A stretch of 64,000 nt of DNA from Nemertoderma westbladi. Lineage: Eukaryota > Animalia > Xenacoelomorpha. This document shows positions 35,955 through 48,600 of this stretch, in pieces. Under the pieces are notes generated by a model. That model saw nothing but the letters and a program-made list of their open reading frames with translations. It searched no databases and was not told the DNA's origin. The translations under genes and the position numbers were made by a program. Each line of letters starts with the position of its first letter. Position 1 is the first letter of the stretch. The DNA is taken from positions 1 to 64,000 of the forward strand of contig JAUCBJ010001318.1 of NCBI GenBank assembly GCA_032718475.1, read 5' to 3'.

Positions 35955-37134
35955 CTAAAATTATATTAAAGTTGTCTCAATAGCGATGGAGTGTTAGAGG
36001 AAAAATTCAAAAAAAAATATTTCCAACGGAGAGGGTAGGGTGGGAAGGAGCAGGTTACAGTGTCACGATAATCTAACCAAAACAAGAACGAAACGCGATA
36101 GTACAGTTTACAGTTTAATCTGGTAAAATGAGCTGCAATTAGCGTCGATTTCTCTTGGAGTGGGATTAATGTAGATTGTGTCTAGAGTCCCCCCCCCCCC
36201 CCCCCCCCCCAGTGTTGCTTTTCTTCGGTGTTTCACAAAATACAATTTGATGCAGACCTTAATTACTTGGTTTGGTTGTTTTGCCTCAAACAGTTTAAAT
36301 TTATATGGTGTTGGTGTGGGACTTTGGTTTCGATACAGATAGAGAGATAATTATATTAAAGGCAACATTTCTAACCAAAAAACAAACGGCATTAATAGTA
36401 TTTAGAACCAAGGTTAAGTATTAGCTATCAACATATGTTTACTGTTGTTAATTGTTTAAATATATAATTTAAAAAAAATTAAAATTCGAATGTTTGTTGA
36501 TAAATCTTTTAAAATTGTATTCAATTTAACAACAATAAAGTAATTTTTGTGATGCATCTGATGTAGCCCTACTATAAAAATTAATATATTTTGGTTTTCG
36601 CAAAATTAATCAACTGAATGTAAAAATAATTATTTTTTAGAACAATAATCCTAATTAGTATTTCTGAGTAGTGTTCGTAAGACGGTCGATCTCGATGTAC
36701 AACATACATCCGTGTGTATCAACACTAGGATTGTTATGATCACGTTGTTCAGGAGATAATTACCGCCCTAACTATAATTACTCTCGGTAGTAACACGAAC
36801 ACCGCGTCCATGGCGGCTGTAGTGTATGCGATAGAACCCCTACAGCCGTCGTCATAAGGGTTCAAACGCAAATTGGAGATACAAATGGTATAATTGCTAC
36901 GTATTCCATTCGAGTGAGACAGATACAATTACGGATTATACACTGAGTGCAAGCGAAATTGAACCCAAAAGTTATTAAAGCAAAATTAATATTATTAATA
37001 TTAAAATATTATTCATAAAATTGCTTTTCCATCCTGCTCAATAGGTGAAGTTGAGTAATAAAGTACATGGCTGAAACCAGCGGGTTCAAGTAGTTTTAAG
37101 TATAATAACGACAGTTATTAAGGGGTCTGGCTGG

Positions 37135-38802
37135 CAGTGCCGGATTAACCTTAAGGCATATAAGGCACGTGCCTTAGGGCCAGCCGAAAATACGGGCCAT
37201 TTTTTCTCAGCTAGCGTGTCATTCCTGTGAAAAAAATATTTTTATCTGAAAAGTCAACATTTTTTCTCACTAGAATTTGTAGAAAACAGAGAAAGAAAGT
37301 GCGTGCATCTTTCACCTACTTTCTTTCCCTAAATTTGTGATAGAAAGTGCAAAATTCTAGCCAGTCGACCGACAGGGTGCTGTGTTATTAGTTCGAGACC
37401 TGATGGCAGGGAAATAATAAAACATGGGCAGTAAAACTTTAAAGTGCTAATTATGAACAATGGAGAATTTAATTTTATTTATTTGTGGGGAATTATTTAT
37501 AGTTATGCTCTTAAACTTTCTAGAACAACCAAATAATGACGTATGGTGACATACTGGAAATACTGTAGGCCCTACATATTAAATGTATTGCGTGGAGATA
37601 TGTTTAGTACGAAATTAATTTTTTTTACCGGAAACGAGTTTTATAAATAAAGGCAATATAGATAAAAAAAAAACAGGATAAATTAGTTGTAGATAAAATA
37701 GTTGTTGATAAAAAAAACCTCAGCAAGTCCAAATATACAGTAAATCAGAAATATTATATTTTTGCACTAAGCTCACACTTTTGGTGTGTTTTATTTCTCA
37801 GTAAGTCCTGTAAAAAGTACCCTGCGAAACCTACCCTACTGTTAAGCCAATAAATAACACATTCCCACGATCCGATCAAAATTACTAAATACCTACAGGG
37901 GCCAGTGAGTCTTAGAGGGGCCAACTATAACTATTATTAATTAATTATTTTTTGACCTCAAAACTGTTCTTTTCAACTATCCTATCTAACTAACCTATCG
38001 TTGGTTTTGTAAAACATGGCCGTTTGGATCTTCTAGACTCGGTTTTGTAACTGCTACCCTTTGTCTATTACAAAATATTTGATTCCCAATAGCCCGGAAA
38101 TACTAAAACCCCCATAAATTTCCCAAAAGCAATAATTTTGTGCTAAAATTTTCATGGAAGATAGCCTACATATCTAGCTCCATTTTACCAAAGTCTTGGA
38201 CCAAGAACTTCAATGCAGGTTGTATTACAGATCCTTAAATATGAGCTAATTTACATATAAATGCCTCAAAATTTATACAATTTTTGAAAAAAAAACCGAC
38301 CTGTTCAAAAAGTGCCATATTTTTCGAACAAACGGTTTATGAAGTTATCTATACTGTACTCAGTTTTAAAAGTAGGCCTGTATAAAAGATCACAGATCAT
38401 TGTGTTAAAATTTCAGAATAGTAGCTTTATAAATAAAACAAATAGATTTCGGGTAATGGTCCCATTAATATATTAAAAATTAAAGCGTAAGAAATTCTAC
38501 CAAATCCATTACACAATTTAAACTATAGCAAAGATTTTATAGGCATAATAATATGCCGTTTAGTAATGTTACAATTCTTGATGAAAACTATTTTGCAAAG
38601 TACTTATTATTAAAGTATGTACTTTGTACTTATTTGCATGCAGTCATCCAATGGAAATACTTTATATTTCCTTCGCAATATTTTCACAGTTTTTAGCAGC
38701 TTTTTCTTTTGAAAGGGTTTGTGGAAAAATATCAATTTTCGGGCCATTTTTGGAGATTACTAAAATGTGCCTTAGGGCCACCAGAGGCTTTATCCGGCAC
38801 TG
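37135..38802. mobile_element. Non-autonomous hAT element (intronic)
   Basis: TIR CAGTGCCGGAT...ATCCGGCACTG with 8-bp TSD CTGGCTGG (37127-37134 / 38803-38810); no transposase ORF. Confidence 0.9.
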
Positions 38803-39069
38803 CTGGCTGGTTAATTTAAAACGCTAAGGTTTAAGAGTAAAACGTTATTAACGGCCTCCTGGCCTGCTTCAGTACTCAAATGCAGGAAAAACGAAACAAA
38901 TAAAAACCTTCACCGCATTAACTAACAAAGCGCACAGTGACAATTTAAATTTCCCTCCACCTAATAGGGGTTTTAACCCGATGAGAGTGATGGTGATTGG
39001 TCGAGCTGGGTTCGTTGTATGCCGTACAGTAATTGGGCGTTTTAATTAATTATTGAATGTCGTTTTAAC

Positions 39070-39445
39070 CGTAATTATGTAAGTATTTACCCGTTACGTA
39101 AGTTATTTAATTATGTAAGTATTATCCGTAATTAGGTAAGTATTTACGCGTTACGTAAATTATTTAATTATGTAAGTATTATCCGTAATTATGTAAATAT
39201 TATCCGTAATTATGTAAATATTATCCGTAATTATGTAAATATTATCCGTAATTATGTAAATATTATCCGTAATTATGTAAGTATTTACCTGTTACGTAAG
39301 ATATTTAAATATGTAAGTATTATCCGTAATTATGTAAGTATTTACCTGTTACGTAAGTTATTTATCTATGAAAGTATTATCCGTAATTATGTAAGTATTA
39401 TCCCTAATTATGTAAGTATTTACCTGTTTCGTAAGTTATGCAAGT
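39070..39445. repeat. ~21-bp AT-rich minisatellite
   Basis: ccgtaattatgtaa(g/a)tattat units. Confidence 0.85.
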
Positions 39446-39933
39446 ATGTATACAAGTAACCAATGGACGCTATGTCAATACACACAATATATTAAATGTG
39501 TGTTTAATATTAAATGTGAGTTTAATATTAAATGTGTGTTTAATATTAAATGTGAATAATTGAAAGTTAAAAATTATTACAGTTATAGGTGAAGTTGTAC
39601 AGTAGGATTATTGCTCTTTATATCCCGAAGGGAGTAAAGGTGTCCTTTAAACACTGTAACTGTTGTAGGCCCACTTAACTATAATGTTTGTTTGAAGCAT
39701 TTTTCGTTTGAAGACTGTATGACTTGCTGAGTTAAAAAATATATTTATTGATCGTAAAAAACGATATGTTTTTGAGGAGGAAGTTCGGAGAGGAGAAAAT
39801 GAAATTTAAGATTAAAAAATTTCGAACTAAATTAAAAACAAACAGTATTTGTATTTTTATGATTATCGGTATTTATATACCAATTACACAATAAAATGCA
39901 ATAACACAACAATAAAATTAATTATACAATAAA

Positions 39934-40871
39934 ATGATTCTATATAAGATTAGGCCTTACATAGAGAAACTACTGCGTAAGAGCCAAAACGGATTTCGAC
40001 CAAATAGACCAACAATAGCTCAGATACTTGCACTACGGAGACTGATTGAAGGAATTAAATTAAATAATCTCCCCGCAGTCATGACTTTTGTGGACTTCAA
40101 AAAGGCATTCGACTCCATCTATAGAGGTAAATTGCTTGAAATCCTAAGAGCTTATGGAATACCAGAAGTAATTGTTGCTGGCATTTGATTGTTATATTGT
40201 GACACAGAAGCGCAGGTACTCTCACCAGACGGTGAAACTGAGTTTTTCTCAATCCTGGCTGGCGTACTGCAAGGTGACACATTAGCACCATTACTATTTG
40301 TAATTGTGCTGGATTACGCAATGAGGACGGCCACAAAGGGTGAAGATCTGGGATTCACACTTCAAGAACGCAGAAGTAGTAGATATCCGGCAACTACAGT
40401 CACAGACACCGACTTTGCGGATGACATCGCCCTGCTCTCTAATACGCTAGCAGATGCACAGCTTCTACTAAATAAAGTGGAGAGGGCTGCTAAGGAGGTT
40501 GGATTGCATATAAATGCTACCAAGACGGAATTCATGACTTTTAATGTTGATAGAAACTTGACAACCATTGATAATAATCAACTAAGGAAAGTCGACGACT
40601 TCCAGTACCTAGGATCATGGATAGAGAGTAGCAAAAAGGACATAGAAGTTAGGAAAGCAAAGGCTTGGGTAGCTCTATCAAAAATGGATACCATCTGGAA
40701 ATCAGATCTCTCCAGGCACCCGAAGACTAAGTTCTTTCGAGCCACGGTGGAAAGTGTATTTTTATACGGGGGTGAGGCCTGGACACTGACTAAGAAGGAT
40801 CTCGGGAAGCCTAAAAGGATCTCATTTCCACTGTCCGAGTTCGCTCGACCTAGTAGTAGTAGTAGTAGTAG
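39934..40871 (+). mobile_element. 5'-truncated, inactivated RTE LINE (RT fragment)
   Basis: QNGFR, FVDFKKAFDSI, GVLQGDTLAP, FADDIAL and FQYLGS motifs; in-frame TGA at 40186-40188; (TAG)n tail. Confidence 0.93.
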
Positions 40872-41147
40872 TGGTATTTATATACCTTAATAATGCAATA
40901 TTGTCCTCGCTCGCTACGTTCGCTACTAAGGGTCGCTGAGGCAACAGTTATACATTTTGGGGTCGGTGTAAAATCCAAGAGCTATTTAGTGTTTCCCTTC
41001 TAATTATAGTTTAAGTCATAAATCAAGACCCACCAGAAGAACTTCCATAAAACATGTTATATACTAAAGAATTGGACGTACAGTATCTTTGTCTATTACC
41101 GATGTGTATTGTGTACGTATTTTTATGTATTTATGTTTTTATTGTAC

Positions 41148-41292
41148 AGCAGCTTGGTCTAGTGGTGACATTAATGTTCTTCCGATTAGGGAGCCCGGGT
41201 TCGATCCCTAGATGGGGCAGCACTGTTTGGGCACAGTGTTTTAAATGCTGCAGCCTAGCCCAACCCCGGCTTCATCCTTCAGTGGTCGATAG
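41148..41292 (+). mobile_element. tRNA-derived SINE (partial)
   Basis: A box TGGTCTAGTGG (~41156), B box GGTTCGATCCC (~41197), then body cttcatccttc..tggtcgata. Confidence 0.7.
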
Positions 41293-41302
41293 TAGTAGTA
41301 GT

Positions 41303-42120
41303 ATCGGCATGCTGCATTGCAGCTGCATTTTTAAGAATGCTGTGCCGGCTTGTCGACAAAATTGCGCCGCCACAACTCCCTATCACCCATGACATTTGCT
41401 AGATCATCCGCATCTTCAAGACCAGTGTCCTTTAAGATGCGTCTCAAGAAAGTCATGGGCTGTCCACCATGCTTATTCACTCCATGAGGCTGCCAAAGTA
41501 CAAGATTATGCACTGGCTGGTCCTCACGGCGAAAGCAATGTCCTGCAAAGCGGAGGCGGTTTTGTTCTAGTGTCAAGCTTGGGGGAACCAATGAGACACC
41601 TCCAATGTTATATAGTGTCTGGTTGGAGATGTGTGCATTGTACTTGACACAATGAACCCGGCGTAGCATTCTTGTGAATGTGCCATCCAGAGATTTGGTA
41701 TCCTCAGCAGTTAGAGCCCAGCATGGACTCCCATAGAGGAGTACTGGAACTACTGCTGCTCTAAATAATCGGACCTTAAGTTTCCGATTAATTCTCGGTG
41801 ACTTCCAAATCCTGGAAAGCCTATTCAAGGCTGCCCATGCCTTTCCCTTACGTATTCGAAGGTCCTCACCTGACTTCCGGATCCATGATCCCAGGTAACA
41901 GAAGTCATCCACATGCTCAAGCATACCATCTTTTGAGCTTATGCTCATCCGATCAGAGACTTGCTGAGAACTTTCAAAGTTAACTGTCAAAATTTTGGTC
42001 TTTCTGGAGTTAATAAAAAGACCAACACTAGAAGCAGCATGTTCTAATGAGCTGAGGAGCCGTTGGGCTCCCTCTAGTGATTCTGAGAGTACTCCTAAGT
42101 CATCAGCAAAGTCTAACAGA
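41303..42120 (-). mobile_element. 5'-truncated RTE LINE (RT C-terminal part)
   Basis: LDFADDLGVLS...VGLFINSRKTK...DFCYLGSWI...VLLYGS; same family as 16220-16780 and 44750-45100. Confidence 0.93.
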
Positions 42121-42232
42121 GTGGAAGGGTTAACTGTGGAAGATCACTCATGGTGGTGAACAGGCATTCCTTGGCTTAACGAGCCTAAAAGATTCTCCCA
42201 TTCTTTTTATGTATTGTAAATTATTCACGTAC

Positions 42233-42355
42233 CTTTAGGAACAGATTATCTATGTTGGAATCGGTTGGAACTTTCCCATTTGCTGTATTAGGAACGAGGA
42301 TTGTGATATCTTTAAGCGAATCATCACTTTTATTAATCGGAGAAATATGTCGATC
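42233..42355 (-). CDS. Cav2 C-tail exon
   Basis: tacag acceptor and gtacgt donor; 123 nt, phase 0/0: DRHISPINKSDDSLKDITILVPNTANGKVPTDSNIDNLFLK. Confidence 0.75.
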
Positions 42356-44072
42356 CTGTAGAATAAATTAATTGTATGTAAATATAATAATATGGAACAA
42401 CGGAGCGAAATCACGACGTTATAAAGGTTAAATTAACTGTCATATTATATACCAATACTATTCAAAAGTATTGGTAGTACTTACTGTGGTTTATAAATTC
42501 ACTTTCAATATTTACCGAAATTACCACTATAAATGTTAACTTGTAAGATTTTCCATCCATATACATACAGTAGATTGAAAATTACCCAGCACCCAGATAC
42601 ATAGCAATCAAATATTATTTAACCAGAAACTCAAAACGGAACTAACTGGTAGTAAAGTAAACCTCACCAAACGGGGTGAAATTTCAATGGTTTACAAAAT
42701 TGGTAAAACCAAACGAATGTAGGCCTATGCTAAGTTATATAAATTACGCACAAAGAATTCATACAGTATAGGCCAGGAACAGAAACAGAGTGAGTATTAC
42801 TTTATTATCCATTTACCAAAATAACAAAACGGAAATTATTACCCAATCACCAAAAAACAAATAGTCAGTCATACTTTATAATCAAATCATCTAACAACAA
42901 ATTAGTTAATATTATGAAATCACCCATTCACCCTACTGAAAAAATGATAGTTATAATCCAACCACCAAAGAAAAACGATACATAAAAAAAAGCTCCAATC
43001 ATAAGTCTGTGATTGGAGCTTTTTTAATCTAAACTCACCTCTCAACTCATAATTAATTATTAGGATCAACAGACGACCCTTTAATCATTGTAATCGATAT
43101 AGAAAATATATTTAATAATATTATTATGTCTCACCCCCGTCCCGTGAAAACGTAGAACTGGATAACTTTAAATGCAACTTAATCGAAACGCCATCGAAAG
43201 AAAACTTAACTAACATCCGAGGAAGACAACATTATAAAGCCAGGGGATGTAGCCCATAGCCATTAATTAATTCCAGGGGAGCTTTAGGTAATTGAATTCA
43301 TAGTGAGGTAAAGGAGGAGAGAATCAGAGGATCGCTGGGTTACAGTAAAATGTAAAACCATTTGGAATCCCAGGATATAAACCTGGAACTGGATATAGGG
43401 CCTACATATTCTACATAATTTGGTTCCGATTAGTTACATCAGCTTTTAGAAGAAACAACACGGTTGGTTATCCGTACGCATATGTCTATAATAATTCGCA
43501 ACGCCAAGCTGAACCAACGCGAGCGAATAATTTGACATCGTAGACATACACACAAGTTCGATTAATAAATTTAAAAGGTTCACATAATTAGTTAGTAATC
43601 CAACGTCACAGACACGTCCTACTCAAGAAAAGCAATATTAACGAAAAAATAAATAAACCCATGGCGCGTTTCGATTATTACAAAATAATCATCTTCAATC
43701 AAACACAAACTCAAAATTTAAAACGCTTTTATTTATTTTTTCGTTACTATTGATTTTCTGTCACTGTTACCTCACACTTCCTACTCAATCCATAACTAAT
43801 TGTTGCAGAAGGGAGAGGTGAATCAGGAATGAAATCAAATAACTTGTGTGTGTAATATAATATAATTTTATTTTAATATTATCAATGTAAAATAACCCCC
43901 ATCACCATCTCAATATTGCACTGGAAGATACGTAATCTAATATCAAATATAAGTAGAAAAAACTCAATTAAGTATAAAATTTATGTATTTAAATAAAAGG
44001 AAAGTCAGGGATACGTTTTTGTTCTTTATATAAAGGTGGATGTGGAATGCAGTAAGAATTGAATATATCTAC

Positions 44073-44193
44073 CTCAGGTGATAGCTTCATCCGACCATTC
44101 GCGCCATTAGAGTTATTCTGGTTTAATCGATTCTTTCTATGAAACAAGCTAAAACTTCTGTGTGTGCTGTGAGGACTGCCCATTCTTTCGATG
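44073..44193 (-). CDS. Cav2 C-tail exon
   Basis: tttag acceptor and gtagat donor; 121 nt, phase 2 to 0: IERMGSPHSTHRSFSLFHRKNRL...KLSPE. Confidence 0.7.
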
Positions 44194-44257
44194 CTAAAAT
44201 AAAATAATGAAGATCATTATTACAAATAAAATCAGAACAATGTAAATAGCAACCTGG

Positions 44258-44550
44258 TTGTTGAAAGGATCCTAACCACCTTACCTGACTAGTGATCCAC
44301 CGATTGTTGAATGGATCCTAACATATTAGCTGACTAGTGATCCACCGATTGTTGAATGGATCCTAACCACCTTACCTGACTAGTGATCCACCGATTGTTG
44401 AATGGATCCTAAACATATTAGCTGACTAGTGATCCACCGATTGTTGAATGGATCCTAACCATCTTCGCTGATAAGTGATCCACAAATTGTTGAATGGATC
44501 CTAACCACCTTACCTGATTAGTGAGGCATCGATTATTGAATGTATCCTAA
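44258..44550. repeat. ~45-bp tandem repeat copying the 3' end and donor of the putative 45117-45186 exon
   Basis: Units ttacctgactagtgatccaccgattgttgaatggatcctaa match 45113-45152. Confidence 0.85.
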
Positions 44551-44744
44551 TGATGGTGTACTTGACCATGTGGACGCCATCTGCTTCCTGAGGTAATAGA
44601 TCATGACTCTCGAATACGTAAGGGGAAGGAATGGGCTGGATTGAAGGGTTGTCCTGGATTTGGACGTCGTATAGAATACATTGGAATCTTATGGTTGCTT
44701 ACTTAGAGTAACAGCACCTATAACTGCTGAGGATAATTTCCGGC

Positions 44745-45100
44745 ACATACACAAGAATGCTACGTCGGGTTCACTGTGTCAAGTACAATGCACACATCTC
44801 CAACCAGACACTATATAACATTGGAGGTGTCTCATTAGTTCCAAGCCTCCGCCTTTGTAGGATATTGCTTTCGTCTTGAGGACTAGCCCGTTCACGATCT
44901 TGTGCCTTTACGGTCTTAAGGGAGAGAAAAATACTGACAGGCAGCTAAAGATCGAAAAGAGACGCCTCTTAAAGAACAATCGCCACGAATGAATGTGAGA
45001 ATAATCTGACGAAAGTCATGGGGATAGGTAGCTGTGGTGGCGAAATATTTGACGAGAAGACGGCACAGCATTATTAATGCGGCTGCATTGCAGCATGCAG
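44745..45100 (+). mobile_element. Degenerate RTE 3' fragment
   Basis: cacaagaatgctacg.cgggttca.tgtgtcaagtacaatgc... homologous to 16426-16770. Confidence 0.8.
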
Positions 45101-45116
45101 AATAGATAGACCTTAC

Positions 45117-45186
45117 CTGATGAGTGATCCACCGATTGTTGAATGGATTCTAGACCGCGATTTTCCGTGGTCGTCTAAGTTGTAAT
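45117..45186 (-). CDS. Putative small Cav2 exon
   Basis: tttag acceptor and gtaagg donor; 70 nt, phase 1 to 2 (YNLDDHGKSRSRIHSTIGGSLI), compatible with exon 44073-44193. It needs an unidentified phase 0-to-1 exon upstream. Confidence 0.45.
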
Positions 45187-45641
45187 CTAAACTCGATACA
45201 GACCGAACTGAACTCGCGCAAATCGTGTCCAACAATTTACCAAACAATGTTGAAGCTCCCTATAGAAACATTACAATGCAAAGTTTAACTAGTTTTCGAC
45301 AATACAATTTAAATTTTTCCTCATAAAAACTGTAACTACAGCAACCGCTGTAACCAAACACATATGACATAATTGTTCTCTTTCTGACAACGTTTTATTA
45401 AGTTGAAATATTTTTTCTAGACCTACTACTACTAAAATAGTACTAAATAGTTTTTTGCATATGTAGTAATTTTTCTTAATAATCATACAGTTTATGACAC
45501 AGTCTATTCCCTTCTCATTTCTCAATATACACCGTGTAGTGGAGTAGGTGTATATAATATATAATAATAATATCATTATGATGTTTTTCATTCAGAATAT
45601 TTTTCCAAGCGTATGAAAGAATGATAGTTTGCAGACAGTAA

Positions 45642-48600
45642 ATCTAGATGATTGACCAATCCGAAACGAATCGTTAAAGGTTACTGCTATCTAGATGGTT
45701 GACCAATCCGAAACAAATCGTTACAGGTAACTGCTATCTAGATGGTTGACCAATCCGAAACGATTCGTTAAAGGTAACTGCTATCTAGATGATTGACCAA
45801 TCCGAAACGATTCGTTACAGGTAACTGCTATCTAGATGGTTGACCAATCCGAAACGATTCGTTACAGGTAACTGCTATCTAGATGGTTGACCAATCCGAA
45901 ACGATTCGTTACAGGTAACTGCTATCTAGATGGTTGACCAATCCGAAACGATTCGTTACAGGTAACTGCTATCTAGATGGTTGACCAATCCGAAACGATT
46001 CGTTACAGGTAACTGCTATCTAGATGGTTGACCAATCCGAAACGATTCGTTAAAGGTAACTGCTATCTAGATGATTGACCAATCCGAAACGATTCGTTAC
46101 AGGTAACTGCTATCTAGATGGTTGACCAATCCGAAACGATTCGTTACAGGTAACTGCTATCTAGATGGTTGACCAATCCGAAACGATTCGTTACAGGTAA
46201 CTGCTATCTAGATGGTTGACCAATCCGAAACGATTCGTTACAGGTAACTGCTATCTAGATGGTTGACCAATCCGAAACGATTCGTTACAGGTAACTGCTA
46301 TCTAGATGGTTGACCAATCCGAAACGATTCGTTACAGGTAACTGCTATCTAGATGGTTGACCAATCCGAAACGATTCGTTACAGGTAACTGCTATCTAGA
46401 TGGTTGACCAATCCGAAACAAATCGTTACAGGTAACTGCTATCTAGATGGTTGACCAATCCGAAACGATTCGTTACGGGTAACTGCTATCTAGATGGTTG
46501 ACCAATCCGAAACGATTCGTTACGGGTAACTGCTATCTAGATGGTTGACCAATCCGAAACGATTCGTTACAGGTAACTGCTATCTAGATGGTTGACCAAT
46601 CCGAAACGATTCGTTAAAGGTAACTGCTATCTAGATGGTTGACCAATCCGAAACGATTTGTTACAGGTAACTGCTATCTAGTTGGTTGACCAATCCGAAA
46701 CAAATCGTTACAGGTAACTACTATCTAGATGGTTGACCAATCCGAAACAAATCGTTACAGGTAACTGCTATCTAGATGGTTGACCAATCCGAAACGACTC
46801 GTTACAGGTAACTGCTATCTAGATGGTTGACCAATCCGAAACGATTCGTTACAGGTAACTGCTATCTAGATGGTTGACCAATCCGAAACGATTCGTTACA
46901 GGTAACTGCTATCTAGATGGTTGACCAATCCGAAACGATTCGTTACAGGTAACTGCTATCTAGATGGTTGACCAATCCGAAACGATTCGTTACAGGTAAC
47001 TGCTATCTAGATGGTTGACCAATCCGAAACGATTCGTTACAGGTAACTGCTATCTAGATGGTTGACCAATCCGAAACGATTCGTTAAAGGTAACTGCTAT
47101 CTAGATGGTTGACCAATCCGAAACGATTCGTTACAGGTAACTGCTATCTAGATGGTTGACCAATCCGAAACGATTCGTTACAGGTAACTGCTATCTAGAT
47201 GGTTGACCAATCCAAAACGATTCGTTACAGGTAACTGCTATCTAGATGGTTGACCAATCCAAAACGAATCGTTAAAGGTAACTGCTATCTAGTTGGTTGA
47301 CCAATCCGAAACGATTCGTTGCAGGTAACTGCTATCTAGATGGTTGACCAATCCGAAACGAATCGTTAAAGCTAACTGCTATCTAGTTGGTTGATCAATC
47401 CGAAACGATTCGTTACAGGTAACTGCTATCTAGATGGTTGACCAATCCGAAACGATTCGTTACAGGTAACTGCTATCTAGATGGTTGACCAATCCGAAAC
47501 GATTCGTTACAGGTAACTGTTATCTAGATGGTTGACCAATCCGAAACAAATCGTTACAGGTAACTGCTATCTAGATGGTTGACCAATCCGAAACAAATCG
47601 TAACAGGTAACTGTTATCTAGATGGTTGACCAATCCGAAACAAATCGTTACAGGTAACTGCTATCTAGATGGTTGACCAATCCGAAACAAATCGTTACAG
47701 GTAACTGTTATCTAGATGGTTGACCAATCCGAAACAAATCGTTACAGGTAACTGCTATCTAGATGGTTGACCAATCCGAAACAAATCGTTACAGGTAACT
47801 GTTATCTAGATGGTTGACCAATCCGAAACGATTCGTTACAGGTAACTGCTATCTAGATGGTTGACCAATCCCAAACGAATCGTTACAGGTAACTGCTATC
47901 TAGATGGTTGACCAATCCGAAACGATTCATTACAGGTAACTGTTATCTAGATGGTTGACCAATCCGAAACAAATCGTTACAGGTAACTGCTATCTAGATG
48001 GTTGACCAATCCGAAACAATTCGTTGCAGGTAACTGTTATCTAGATGGTTGACCAATCCGAAACGATTCGTTACAGGTAACTGCTATCTAGATGGTTGAC
48101 CAATCCGAAACAAATCGTTACAGGTAACTGTTATCTAGATGGTTGACCAATCCGAAACGATTCGTTACAGGTAACTGCTATCTAGATGGTTGACCAATCC
48201 GAAACAAATCGTTACAGGTAACTGTTATCTAGATGGTTGACCAATCCGAAACGATTCGTTACAGGTAACTGCTATCTAGATGGTTGACCAATCCGAAACG
48301 ATTCGTTACAGGTAACTGCTATCTAGATGGTTGACCAATCCGAAACGATTCGTTACAGGTAACTGCTATCTAGATGGTTGACCAATCCGAAACGATTCGT
48401 TACAGGTAACTGTTATCTAGATGGTCGACCAATCCGAAACAATTCGTTGCAGGTAACTGTTATCTAGATGGTTGACCAATCCGAAACGATTCGTTACAGG
48501 TAACTGCTATCTAGATGGTTGACCAATCCCAAACGAATCGTTACAGGTAACTGCTATCTAGATGGTTGACCAATCCGAAACGATTCGTTACAGGTAACTG

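Noticed and set aside
42986-43025. Hairpin plus T-run resembling an intrinsic terminator
   Set aside because: Eukaryotic intron; more likely a small inverted duplication or TE remnant.
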